A stretch of DNA of 64,000 nt from Yuukianura sp. NJ FZ-2021 (taxonomy: Eukaryota), in NCBI GenBank assembly GCA_046563655.1, contig CM102286.1:14136001-14200000 (forward strand), given 5' to 3'. Below, in pieces: positions 26,430-38,800 of this stretch. Each line of letters opens with the position of its first letter. Position 1 is the first letter of the stretch. Below the pieces are notes generated by a model. The model was not told the DNA's origin. It did not search any database and worked only from the letters and a program-made list of their open reading frames with translations. The translations under genes were made by a program, and so were the position numbers.

Positions 26430-29400
26430 ATGGTGAAAGATTTTGAAGACATTTTAGAAAAAACTGGTATGTCAAATTTTAAAAATTTTGCAACAAGAGG
26501 AAGACGTCGAAGAAACTATTCTTTTTTTATATAAATTGTTTTTTTTTTTTCAAAATTTTTAGGCGGATTTGGGAAATTTCAGTTTTTGGTGTTAGTCATT
26601 GTTCTTGGTTTCGAAATTCCGGTAGCTTTTATTGGATTTATTCCAGTTTTTACTGGAATACTTCCAGAATACTGGATTTGCGATGGCATCGAAATTTCAA
26701 AAACGGAAGCATGCAGTTGCAACGGAACTCTCACCGCACCTACTCCATATACATCAGTAGTCGCAGAGGTAAATTTTTCAAAAAGACGTATACAAAAGAA
26801 ATTTTTTGAAAAATTTCAAAAAATTTTGAGAAATTTTTTACAGTGGAACCTCGTCTGTGAGTATTCTTGGGTCTCTGATGCCTTCAACAGTGCTCAAATG
26901 TTGGGAACTTTAATCGGTGTTTTGTCGACGTCTCAAGTTTCTGATTGGTTAGAAAGCTTTTATCAAAATTTTATTTTTCTCATTTTGAACCAAACAAATT
27001 TGGCTGAATTTTTTTTTTTTTTCAGGTATGGCAGAAAGTACACGACGTTTGGTTCCGGAGTGGCTATTGGACTTGGTTCGATTCTTTCCGTCATTGCACC
27101 GAATCCGTATATTTACGCTGTCGGACGCATAATTTGCGGCGCAGCAGTCTCCGCTCTATTGAATATTACCGGTATCTACTCTATGGAGTTTCTGACAGCG
27201 AAAAAGAGATTGTTGTGCGCATGTGCAGGACCGTTCGGTTGGGGTACAATGGTCCTTGCGTTCATTGCTTACTTTATCAGACCGTGGCGTACTTTGGTCT
27301 GGATCACAACATCACCTGTACTCATCTTTTGCCCACTTCTACTAATGTAACACAAGCAAAAATTTTGAAAATTTCCAAAAATTTTACTCTTTTTTTTTTT
27401 TGAATTTTTGTTTCATTTTAGGTTCATTCCAGAAAGTCCGAGATTTTTGATGCGGAAAGGCAGGCTGGAAGAGGCAACCGAAGCGATAAATTACATCGCA
27501 AGGTTCAACGGCTGTGAAGAAATTGACGCAGAAGTGATACGTCAAATAGTCGAAAAAGAGCAAGGACAATCCGGCGACAGTCGAAAAAGCTACCTGGACT
27601 TGTTTCGACGAAGTGACTTGCGCAGGAAAGCATTTTGTTTTGGTACACTTTGGTTTTCATGGTCACTTGTGTATTTTGGCCTTTACTTTAATGTCAAAAA
27701 CCTTCCTGGAGATATTTACGTCAGTGCGATATATTTGAGCGTGTCGGATGTTATTGGCTTTCCTGCGGCGTCACTCATCCTGGACAGGTTAGAATATTAT
27801 TTCAACACAGTTATGCAAACAATTCATTCGTATACAAAGCTTTCAAATACAGTCAAAACTCTCATTATGAAACACGCTCTGATTGGTTGGTTTGAAAAAA
27901 GTCACGGATACAGCGGGGACTCAAGTTTTAACACATATGAGCAGTGTTGCTGGATGGATAAAATATTTCTTCCACTCTCCTCGAAAGTGGTGGATATATC
28001 TGAATTTTATTGGTTTCTTCCGGACGAAATTCAATTTCGTCCATCGCAAACTGGATTTTATCCGGATTTATCCATTATCCAGTGGATATAATCCTAGACG
28101 AAATGCTAAAGAAGTGGAAATCCGGCAACACTGCATATGAGACAAGACAAAAAAAGTGACACCGGATAAGTTGGTATTTCAGTCAAAGTAACTTTTACTT
28201 GTACTTTGACTTTGGAAAATGAGGATATCCTCATTTTTGTCAAATCAAAGTGGTAAGTCAAAGTATAAGTTCGAGTGGAAGTTTGACTGAGAATTGAGTT
28301 TTTCACTCAAACTTGAGAACTTGCACTTTGTGTGTGGTTTCTTATGGTTGAAGTAAACTTTGACTCCACTGATGTGTTACCCACAAAATACATTGTACTA
28401 TTACATAATATTACATAATTAAAGTTAACTAATCATAAATTAGTTAAAGTTAATTAACTAATTGCAATTAATAATTAACTTTAATTAGTACGATTAACCT
28501 ATCAGATACCTACATTTACGGTGATTTCGGTTCGCTGACCACGAAAATCACTTCAAAAACGTTAAAAACCTAAACCTAATTAACTAATTACAATTAATAG
28601 TTAACTTTAATTAGTACAATTAGCACATGAGAAAAATGCATTTGGGGTAATTTTGGGTCGCCTACCACGAATATGACTTCAAAAATGCAGAGAAACGTAA
28701 ACATAATTAACTATTGCGATTAATAATTAACTTTAATTGATTAATTAAACTCAACTTCAACGTGAGTTTTGAACGAGGAGTCAGCTTACTTCAACCATTT
28801 TTTCGTTGAAGTCAAAGTAAAAGTAATGGGAAGTAACAACAGAACTTGTACTTGTACTTTGACTTTTGTCCGTCACAAAGTCAAAGTACAAGTAAAAGTT
28901 ACTTTGACTGAAATACCAACTTATCCAATGTATTAGAAATAATGTTATCAAGCAATTTCTAGAAAAGTTGGTAATTCCAAAAATCATAAACTGCGCAGTT
29001 TATGCGCAGTGCGCAGTTTGTACGCAGTGCGCAGTTTGTGCGCAGTGCGCAGGTTGTGCGCAGTTTGCGCGCAGTGCGCAGTTTGTGCGCAGTGCGCAGT
29101 TTGTGCGCAGTGCGCAGTTTGTGCGCAGTGCGCAGTTTGTGCGCAGTGCGCAGTTTGTGCGCAGTGCGCAGTTTGTGCGCAGTGCGCAGTTTGTGCGCAG
29201 TGCGCAGTTTGTGCGCAGTGCGCAGTTTGTGCGCAGTGCGCAGTTGGTGCGCAGTTTGTGCGCAGTGCGCAGTTTGTGCGCAGTGCGCAGTTTGTGCGCA
29301 GTTTGTGCGCAGTTTGTGCGCAGTTTGTGCGCAGTGCGCAGTGCGCAAAGTAAAAGTAATGGGAAGTAACAACAGAACTTGTACTTGTACTTTGACTTTT

Positions 29401-30396
29401 GTCAGTCACAAAGTCAAAGTACAAGTAAAAGTTACTTTGAAATACCAACTTATCCACCTTCCTGGTTTTGTATCATCATAAAAGACTCATCACAAAATTA
29501 GCGGTTTACGGTATTTATGTATTTTGCTTCTCCTCTCGAATTTTAGGAGAGGCGGAGCTAAGGGTTGCACAATGGGAGGTTCGGCTGTACTTTCAAAAAA
29601 TGTTTAGTTTAGACTTGTAGATTTAATTGAATAATTTTTTCTGGCTTTGTACTATTGATGAATTTCGTGTATATCTAATTTTGTGCTGATGTAATGATGT
29701 TTATGTATTAGGTTTGGCCGAAGACGGTCAGTGGTGATGACGATGTCACTTGGTTCGGCTGTCCTTGTTGTGCTAGCTGGACTCCAGCTAGCTCTGGATC
29801 TCCAATCACTGCCAATTGTCATTTTGGTGTTGTGTACTGTTGGTAAGTTCTTCTTGGCTATGGGTCGCAGTGCATCAAAATGTTTTACAGCCGAGTCGTA
29901 TCCAACGGACATCCGTACCATTGGTGAGCGTTGAAAAATTTGGATTATGTTTATGTAACAAATTGTTTCTGTTTTTTGGGAAAATATAATTTTTGGAAGA
30001 ATTCCAACTTTTCTTCTGATATTTATTCCAAAAGGATGTGGATTTTGTGGAGTAACTTCAGGAATTGGAGGTGCTATTTGTCCACAAGTTGTTTACGCAG
30101 GAACAAGTTCGTTTTACACAAAAATCTTATATTTTGTTTTGAAACATTGAAAAAGTATACAAAAAAAAATTTGTTTTCCAGTGCAACCTGCTGTGCCTTT
30201 TTTTGTTTTTGCTGGAATCGGTGTGAGTGGCTCCATCTTTTCTTTGTTTATCACCGAAACTTCAGGAAAGCCATTACAGGAATCAATTGCACGGAAACTG
30301 AGTCGACGCATAAGCATCATCAGCTCCAAGTTTTTACCAACGCTTAAGGAAAATCACAAGGAAAACGTGCACAGTATTGGCGAAAATCGGACCTAA
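26430..30396 (+). CDS. SLC22-like transporter copy 3
   Basis: Intact exon set, very similar to copy 2, with one intron (27788-29711) expanded to ~1.9 kb. Confidence 0.92.
27942..28133. mobile_element. hAT-like MITE
   Basis: TIR cagtgttgc(t/c)ggat and perfect 8-bp TSD catatgag (27934-27941, 28134-28141). Confidence 0.9.
28165..28926. mobile_element. MITE with ~50-bp TIRs (ggataagttggtatttcagtc...); right end repeated at ~29346-29456
   Basis: 28165-28214 is the reverse complement of ~28876-28926. Internal ~140-bp direct repeats at ~28430-28740. Confidence 0.85.
28985..29347. repeat. 18-bp minisatellite (gtgcgcagtttgtgcgca)n built from TGCGCA palindromes
   Basis: About 19-20 units, opened by the perfect 20-bp palindrome cataaactgcgcagtttatg. 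Confidence 0.97.
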
Positions 30397-31298
30397 AGTT
30401 TCCAATTGCGAATTTGCCATTCAGAATTTTCATTTCTAAGAATGAATAGTTAATTTTTTTCAGAATGCTTCTTAACATTCGTACAATCTTTGAATAAACA
30501 ATTTTAACACGTTCGAATAAATTAGGAATCTTCACATTACAACTTTTTCCGAACTTGGAATTTTGATTTTATTTTAATTCACGTATTTACTGTTCCACGC
30601 TTCGAACATTTTTGTCACACAGAAGCCCAATGACCTTCGATTTGACACTTTTTAAATTTGGAAAGGTTTGCGCCTAAATTGGAATCTTCTGGCACAAATT
30701 GCACTTGGAGTATTAAATGCACGAGATTTTTATGAAATTTTGTGACATATTTCTAAAAGTGTCAAAGGTCATGACTGTTCCTATGCTAATCTTAATGGTC
30801 AATTTAATCCTTGTGTATGCAAAACCAAAACCAAAACCGCATCTTAAAACTTGAACTTCAAATGACATCGTGAGCGAGAGGCTTTTGCTAAATATTTTGC
30901 AAGTATGTAAGATTTGGCATTACATACGTCTGTGGTAGTCATGTGTTTGAAGTTAATACAAATTTTGTAAAGACCAATCGAAAATTTCTTAGCTCCGAAT
31001 TAATTTTTCGCTGAAAAACGCTTTTTTTTGTGTCTTACCTTCTGACTTTAGCGTGTTGATTTTCGACAGAATTTGCTAAGAAATATGCTAAACACAAATT
31101 TTAAGTGGAAAGTGTGTGCATATGAATCAATCAGATCATGAAATTCAAGAATTTCTTCAGATTTTTTCTCCTGCTAAATCACTTACAACACCGAATCCAT
31201 CAGAAATTGTTTAGTTATTTGTTAAGTTAAAGAAATTTAGCAAAGTTTCAACAATAGCCTAACTTTTTCAACAAATACATCAAAATTTAAAAAAAAAA

Positions 31299-33554
31299 AT
31301 GACTAAATTTATAAAAGATTTTGAGGACATTTTAGAACATACTGGTAAGGAAATAATTTACAATTATTCCAGGATGAGGAATTCGTAACTTTAAGTTGTT
31401 TTACTATTGTTTTGATTTTGTTTTTTCATAATTTTCAGGTGGATTTGGAAAATTTCAGTTTCTTGTGTTGGTAATTGTGCTTGGCTTCGAAATTCCAGTG
31501 GCGTTTATTGGCTTCATTCCAGTTTTTACTGGAACACTTCCAGAATACTGGATTTGTGATGGAGAAGAAATAGGAAAAACGGAAGCTGCTAGTTGCAACG
31601 GAACACTGGCTGCACCTACTCCATTTACTTCAGTTGTAGCAGAGGTAAAATTTTTCGAAAAACTGAAATTCAAATTCCAAAAATATAATTTCTCAAAAAT
31701 TTTTAGTGGAACTTGGTTGGCGAATATGCTTGGGTCTCTGATTCCATCAACAGTGCTCAAATGATTGGCATGAACGTGGGAGTTCTACTTTGTTCCTGGC
31801 TTTCTGATTGGTTAGATTTTTTTAGAAGAAAAAAGTTCACAAAAGTTCGAATTTTTTGAAATTTAGTTTTACCGCGTTTTTTCATTAGGTATGGCAGAAA
31901 GTACTCGTGTTTTGGTTCCGGAGTGTTTCTGGCACTCGGTTCGATAATTTCTGCCACTGCGCCTAATCCATACGTTTATGGCATTGGACGCGTCATTTGT
32001 GGAGCAGCGTTTTCAGCTCTTTTGAATCTTACCGGCATTTATGCCTTGGAATTTCTGCCGGTAACGAAGAGATCGTTCAGCGCATGTGCAGGACCGTACG
32101 GTTGGGGCACTGTGATACTCGTACTGGTTGCATACTTTGTCAGACCATGGAGAACTTTAGCTTGGATCACAACAACACCTTTACTCATCTTCTGCCCACT
32201 TCTGCTAATGTAATTTCAAATAAAATTTTGAAATTTCTTTGAAATTTTGAAGAAAAAAAAACATTTTTCTTCTCTAGATTCGTTCCAGAGAGTCCGAGAT
32301 TTTTGATGCGGAAAGGACGAGTGGAAGAAGCAGCAGAAGCGATAAATTGCATCGCAAGGTTCAACGGACAGCAAGAAATCGATGTGGAAGTGATACGCAA
32401 AATAGCCGAAAGTGAACAAGGGAATACCAGCGAAAGTCGAGCTTCTTACTTGGACTTGTTTCGACGAAGTGACCTTCGCGGAAAAACACTTTGTTTGTGT
32501 TCAATTTGGTTTGCATGGGCGATGTTGTACTTTGGACTTTTCTTTAACGTCAAAAACCTCCCAGGAGATATTTACCTTGGTGCGTTGTGCTTGGGAGGGT
32601 CGGACGTTGTTGGTTTTCCTGCGGCTTTACTCATCATGGACAGGTTAGTTAATATTATGCAAGGTCCGTAAACAAGAAAATAGTTTTTTTTTCTTCAACA
32701 GGTTAAGCAATAACTCGAACTTTTTAATTTTTGTTGAAAAATTAGCAAAGCTTGGTTCACCATGCTTTTCTATTGCAATGATTTTTATGTAACTCCAATG
32801 GAATTGGAGGAAAACTGGGGAAAAAGGGGTTAGCAGCGAGATTTTTAAAAAACATACTTATTGCCCAACCTGTTAAAAACTATTACGTTGCTTTAGGAAC
32901 CTTGATATTATGTAATGATGTGTAATGTCATCTAATGTTGTGTTATGGTGTGTAATAGGTATGGTCGGAGAAGATCAGTGGTGATGACGATGTCACTTGG
33001 AGCTGTCGTCATGGCGACTCTGGCTGGGCTCCAGCTAGCTCTGGACCTCCGGACATTTCCAATCGTCATCCTGTTGTTATGTACTTTGGCCAAATTTTTC
33101 TTGGGTATGGCAAGGAGTGCTACCAAATGTTTCACAGCCGAGTCATTCCCAACTGATATTCGGACCATAGGTATACATAAGTATAAGCTGAGCGGGAATT
33201 TTCAAATTCTGACCATTTGGCCCTCTTTGTTCAACAGGAGCTGGATGTTGCAGTGTTCCAATCGGAATTGGAGCCGCAATTTCTTCACAAGTCGTTTTCC
33301 TAGGAAGCAGTAAGCTCATATTACAAAAAAAAGTTTTAGTATTTCAATAATTTTTAAATTTCTTGAATACAGTTGAACCTTCATCACCGTTTTTTGTTTT
33401 TGCCGCCGTTGGGATCACTGGCTCCATCTTTTCTCTGTTCATGACGGAAACTTCAGGAAAGCCATTACAGGAGTCAGTTGCCCGGAAACTGAGTCGGCGT
33501 ATCAGCATCATCAGCTCAATGTTTTTACCGTCAGTCAAGGAGATGCATACGTAG
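31299..33554 (+). CDS. SLC22-like transporter copy 4
   Basis: Intact exon set with the same motifs as copies 1-3. Confidence 0.92.
32660..32904. mobile_element. P-like MITE in an SLC22 copy 4 intron
   Basis: caagg...ccttg with perfect TSD atattatg. Confidence 0.92.
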
Positions 33555-34214
33555 TAACGATTCCGGATTTGAAAAATTGTAATTTAAAATTTCAAAATGC
33601 GGACTCCCTTCAGACACTCCGAATTCAATGTCCCTATTTCAAAAATTAATGTTTCGTCGTGAACGTGATTATGACTCAGAAATGTTCATGTGACTAGTAA
33701 ACAATAGCATTTTGATTTGTGCACTTATAAACACTAACTTTATTATATAGTAAGTAGTACTTTATGATTAAGTAAGCGTACAACATTGACACACTTTGTG
33801 TCGTCGTCATAGGCGTAAAACGACGAAGGTCAATTACTCTATAAACGTGAAAAGAATCAATTTAGCAGATCAAATACACAAAAAGTACCAAACACATTTT
33901 TAGTAAGTTTGCACAAAGCCATGGGAAAGAGCATGAGCAAAGATTCGGAGCAGTTGGATACGGGAGATAAGAAAAAGAGCCACTTGAGTTCTGGGAAGTT
34001 GTTAAATTTTGCATAAATTTCGCAACTTTAGATCTCACATGTTCATTTTCAATTTCGCAACTAACTAATCTACTACGTAAGACCAGCTGCTAAAAACGTG
34101 TGCTACTTGTGTAACAAAGAAAACTTTTACTTTTTTTAGGTGTTTAGCAGCCAAGCTGAATTTTTTTTTGATTTTTGAATTTTAGCGCCTTCAACTCCTG
34201 CAACGAGAACGACC

Positions 34215-34773
34215 ATGGGTTCAACACAATTGGCGACATTTGCGGCGGGATGTTTCTGGGGAGTTCAAAAGTTTTTCAAAAAGCAATTCGGCAGTGCCCT
34301 AATCAAGACAACTGTTGGATATACTGGCGGAAGCACAGCAACCACCAACTACAAAACAGTTTGTACTGGAACTACTGGGCATGCTGAAGCATTGGAAATT
34401 GAATTTGACCCGACGAAAGTCAGCTATGAAGACCTCGTGACCTACTTCTTCCGAATCCATGACCCAACGACACTGAATAGGCAAGTATCTACTAATATGA
34501 AAAACGTAACAGTAGTTTCATAAAACGTATCTTGGATTGTTTCCTAGACAAGCGAATGACCTTGGAACGCAGTACCGATCGGCCATTTTCTATCACTCGG
34601 ACGAGCAGAAGAGAACAGCTGATGAGGTCAAGGAAAAAGTAAAAGTGCACTTCAAGCATCCAATTGTCACGGAAATAACTCCAGCATCTCCATTCATCTC
34701 TGCTGAAGACTACCATCAGAACTATCTGGAAGCTAATCCAAATGGCTATTGCAGCCACCACTTACAGTGGTAA
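34215..34773 (+). CDS. msrA: Peptide methionine sulfoxide reductase A (2 coding exons, GC-AG intron 34481-34547)
   Basis: GCFWG active site, [45 protein letters not shown]. Confidence 0.96.
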
Positions 34774-35032
34774 CCAAAGTTACCTCAAAACAGCTGTTGG
34801 ACAGGACGATACCTTTCTAACATATCATAAACATCGATTAGCATTCCTTTCATCAATAATAATTGCAACCATACCCTTTCACCTCTGAAATTAATATTTG
34901 TTCATTCAATTTTGAAAGTGTCAATAGCAACAAAATCGACGTTGCTATGGCACCCTGGCAATACTCATCATTATCATCCGATCGATCCAACAAATAAAAC
35001 GACACCAAATCTGCTCGAAATTTGTTGCATGT

Positions 35033-35464
35033 CACAGTGGGGCACGATCAAAAATAACACGCCACGGTTGTTAGGGGAAACGCTAAGTTAATTTTTGAAA
35101 TTACATTAAAAATGAATGCACAAATCGGGATTTACTAACGTCGAAATCTCCGAAATTCTCTGGAACGCACAGGTAATCTAGATATTGGAATAAAAACTAG
35201 ACACCATGACGTACAAAGTCCGACCACCACTTGGCACCACTATGCCATTTTACTATTTTTAACCGATTTTTGAATTTGGGCTAAAATTGTGTCTATGAGG
35301 GGTAACCTAGGTCACCACGCATAAAAATTGAAAGCGCTCAATGTTTACAGTTGCTATGTCGACAATTTAGCAACTGTTTGGCCTCCATAATTGTGTATTT
35401 TTCAAAAACTAATTTGTTTCCCCCGAAACACTTGTCGTTGTTTGTACGAATCGACCCCACTGTG
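35033..35464. mobile_element. Transib-like MITE
   Basis: CACAGTGGGG termini on both ends and perfect 5-bp TSD catgt (35028-35032, 35465-35469). Confidence 0.88.
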
Positions 35465-35589
35465 CATGTTGCTGATTGAGCTGATCTGTGCGAGAGAGTG
35501 GTTGGCGCTTCTGAAACGTTGGTTGATCGATTACTTGATTTCCTAGAACGTTGGTTGGTCGATTACTTTTTTCTTGGGAAGTTATAACG

Positions 35590-37000
35590 ATGGAATCAAT
35601 TGACAAACCAGTGATGGTTTGCCATGTTGAGAAGTCGTTGACATATACTCTCTACGACTGCAAATGGATTCCAAAAACTGCCAAGTTTGTTGTGATTGGC
35701 TCCGAACCTCGTGGAACCGGAGTAATCGAAGTATTTGAAGTTGGTCCAAGCGACATCACAAGTATTCGAAAGGTTCGTCATTCTAATAACATAAATCGTT
35801 TTTGACACTGGGTTAGCAAACCTTTTTCTAGATTGAAACAAAAGCGGCAGTCAAATGTGGTACCTTCGGTGCAGTTCCAAAGGGTACCCATCATTTGGCA
35901 ACTGGCGATTTCAATGGAACCTTGCAGATTTGGTACGCAAATCTTAATCCTTCGATTAGTGATTAATCGATTACTGATTCCATCTTTCTTCTGCTTAGGG
36001 ACATAGACACGGGCAAGAACCTCTACGAAGTCAAAGGGCACGACGCCATAATCAACTGCATCGATGGAATTGGTGGGTACACGAATGGTCCTCCAGAAAT
36101 TGCAACTGGAAGTAGAGACGGTATGGGCTTTCTGAAAAAACAAAGAACCAAATAAAAAAAAACATAACAATTTTTAGAGTAAGTAAATTAATTCATGAAT
36201 GAATTAAAGGTACCGTGAAAATCTGGGATACTCGCCAAAAGGACAAACCAGTGACGACGATTGCTCCGCAGTCGGATGAGGTCAAACGAGATTGTTGGGC
36301 TGTTTGTTTTGGTAACTTTAAATTGACCCCACCTTAACATTCTAATTTTTGAATTAACCGCCTTCCAGGAAATTGTTACAACGATATGGAACGAGTCCTG
36401 TGTGCTGGGTACGACAATGGAGACGTAAAATTGTTTGACCTCAAGCAAATGACTCTTTTATGGGAAACGAATCTCAAGAACGGAATTTGTTCTTTGGAAT
36501 TTGATCGTCGAGATATCGAAATGAACAAGTTGGTGGCAACAACATTGGAGTCCAAGTTTCACGTTTTTGACTGTCGAACACTTCATGCTACCAAAGGTTT
36601 CACCGGAATGGTGGAAAAAGTACGTTGATGCCTATTCCATTCTCACTGAAAAACAAAACCAGAAGTCAATTACTGATTAATTGGTGTATGGCAGGCTCAC
36701 AATTCGACGATTTGGACTGTGAAGCATTTGCCACAGAACAGAGACGTTTTCATAACGACTGGAGGGAACGGTGGCCTATGTCTCTGGAAGTACACGTATC
36801 CATCGAATCGTGTCAAGGAAGAAGCAGACGGAACCAAGGTCGGGGTCACCGGAACTTTGGAACTGCTTCAAAACAATACACTGTCTACGCAACCCATTTC
36901 ATCGTTTGATTGGTGCGCTGAAAAACTTGGGCTTGCCATTGGAGTCAGTTTTGACCAATGCGTTCGCTTATTCATCGTCACCAAGCTCAATTTACTGTGA
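35590..37000 (+). CDS. WDR92: WD repeat protein 92 / dynein axonemal assembly factor 10
   Basis: [66 protein letters not shown]. Confidence 0.95.
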
Positions 37001-37100
37001 ATCATCTTAACAAAAACAAATAATTAGTTCCACAAATGTTAACTCTTAATTCAATTCTAAATATTTAAACTAACTACAAACTTCTACCGTCGTCCTCCAC

Positions 37101-37526
37101 TCAACTTTGTTTAGTCTTTTCTTCTTCTAGTAGTTCAGCCTGTTGTACCTTGACACTTATGTCGTGGGGAGTACCGGCTAGTTCCTGGGTCATCTTCATG
37201 GCATGTGTAATTTGTTTGTATTTAAACCTAGCTACTGCAAAATTATACCTACAGTAAACCCAGTATCCAAGGACTACTCCGCAACATGAATAGACTCCGA
37301 ACCTAGTGGCATTGGCCACTTTACTGAAGAAAGCAAAGTGGGCAATCCCAGCGCCGAAACCACTGGTGAGTCCATAGAGAAAACTATTCCGAAAGCAGGG
37401 TATACTGCTGACATCGGTGCCAAAAACGACTAATTTTCGTTCGTAGTCTGCTAGTCGCTGTTTCTGTTCTTCTAGTGACAGGGAGGTCACGTCTGGTTCC
37501 GGAGGTGACGATGACCTGTCATTCAT
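37101..37526 (-). CDS. COX20: Cytochrome c oxidase assembly protein COX20
   Basis: IPCFRNSFLYG, two TM segments, and W.YCRY motif. Confidence 0.88.
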   Translation of the reverse strand: MNDRSSSPPEPDVTSLSLEEQKQRLADYERKLVVFGTDVSSIPCFRNSFLYGLTSGFGAGIAHFAFFSKVANATRFGVYSCCGVVLGYWVYCRYNFAVARFKYKQITHAMKMTQELAGTPHDISVKVQQAELLEEEKTKQS

Positions 37527-38054
37527 CTTCGTGTAGGGTTAATTGTTCCTCAGGTCATGCGGTGGCTCGCAACCTAATTGACTGCTCACCTGAAATTCAA
37601 AAAAAAAAACACGGGAAATTAGCATGAGAAAGTAAGAACTGAATTTATTTTTCTTTTCCCTTTAATGATTTTACTTACGTTTTCAATCGTTCGTTTGTAA
37701 ACTGAAACTGGTAGGCCAAGGATACCAGTTGTCACTGTCGACTTGCTTTGGTACGTTGTTCGATCAATTTAGAAGTCAATTAATTGAAATGTAAATGGCG
37801 ATTAAAATTAATTTAACTAATTAATGTTTGGTGAAAGTTTATTTTTATCCACACTGACCACTGACGTACACGTGACGTGAGGCAGTCAAAAAATCCCGGC
37901 GAATCAGCTGTTTGATTTCAAAATTCGCGGTTTTCAACGCCAATGTGAAACTGACGCTCAAGTGAAAGTGAAGAAAGTCAACATTTTTTCTTTTCTAATT
38001 CAATTGCAATTTAGTACGTAGTTTGGAATTTCCAAACTAAACTTAAACTTTCAA

Positions 38055-38700
38055 AATCATACGTAACTGAGTATAAGGGTACAAGCTGGAGCCTGAGCGT
38101 CAGCCTTCAATTGAAAAATTAATAATCGTTTTGAAATTAAGAATATGTTCAATTGTTTATTAATTAACCCCTTCTCGACAATCTCCAAGTCCTTGAATTT
38201 ATCTTTGTTCAATTCCGCTTCCAAGGTTGGTAAAACAAGCAAACTATTGATTCCTTACGTCAGGTTATTCAATGACTTGACGTTTTTTAATTTTGTTAAA
38301 TAATTTGCAAAATTTGCTTCGCCATGCCTTTCTATCGTAATGACTTGTATGTAATGTAACGGAATTGGCTCAGAATTAGCGCAAAAATTCGTTTCACTCA
38401 AAATTTCGAAAACCACGAGTTATTGAACAACCTCTTGTAGGAAATGCAATTTGGTTTACTACAGCAACCTTGGATTTGTTGTTCAAAAATCATAGGTACG
38501 TTCTGATTATACGGGTACCAGCTGGAGCCTGAGCGTCAGCCTTCAATTGAAAAATTAGAACTTTCGCTGTCAAAAAACCACCAATCGTTATGAAATTAAG
38601 AATATTTTCAATTATTGTTTATTAATTAACGCCTTCCCAACAATCTCCAAGTCCTGGAATTATCCTTGTTCAATTCCGGTTCTATTGTTCAATTGTTTAA
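38055..38700. repeat. Two copies of a dispersed repeat (gggtaca.gctggagcctgagcgtcagc...) separated by a P-like MITE at 38222-38472; third copy at ~45050-45550
   Basis: Direct sequence similarity among the three loci. Confidence 0.8.
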
Positions 38701-38800
38701 ACGGAGCGGACTTAAGCATAAGTAACAAGTAGTAAAGGGAATAAGGATTTCTCAAATGATTTAATGTCAAGTGCCATTAGAAAACTGTGTGCTGAGACAT

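Larger units (their letters stand above)
27850..29587. mobile_element. Same TA-flanked MITE as 25016-25235, expanded by nested insertions
   Basis: ta|cagtcaaaactctcatt ... aatgggaggttcggctg|ta at the equivalent intron position. Confidence 0.85.

Noticed and set aside
28959..29481. Five overlapping long ORFs on both strands (CAQTAH / VRSAQF repeats)
   Set aside because: By-product of a stop-free 18-bp repeat inside an intron, with no gene structure.
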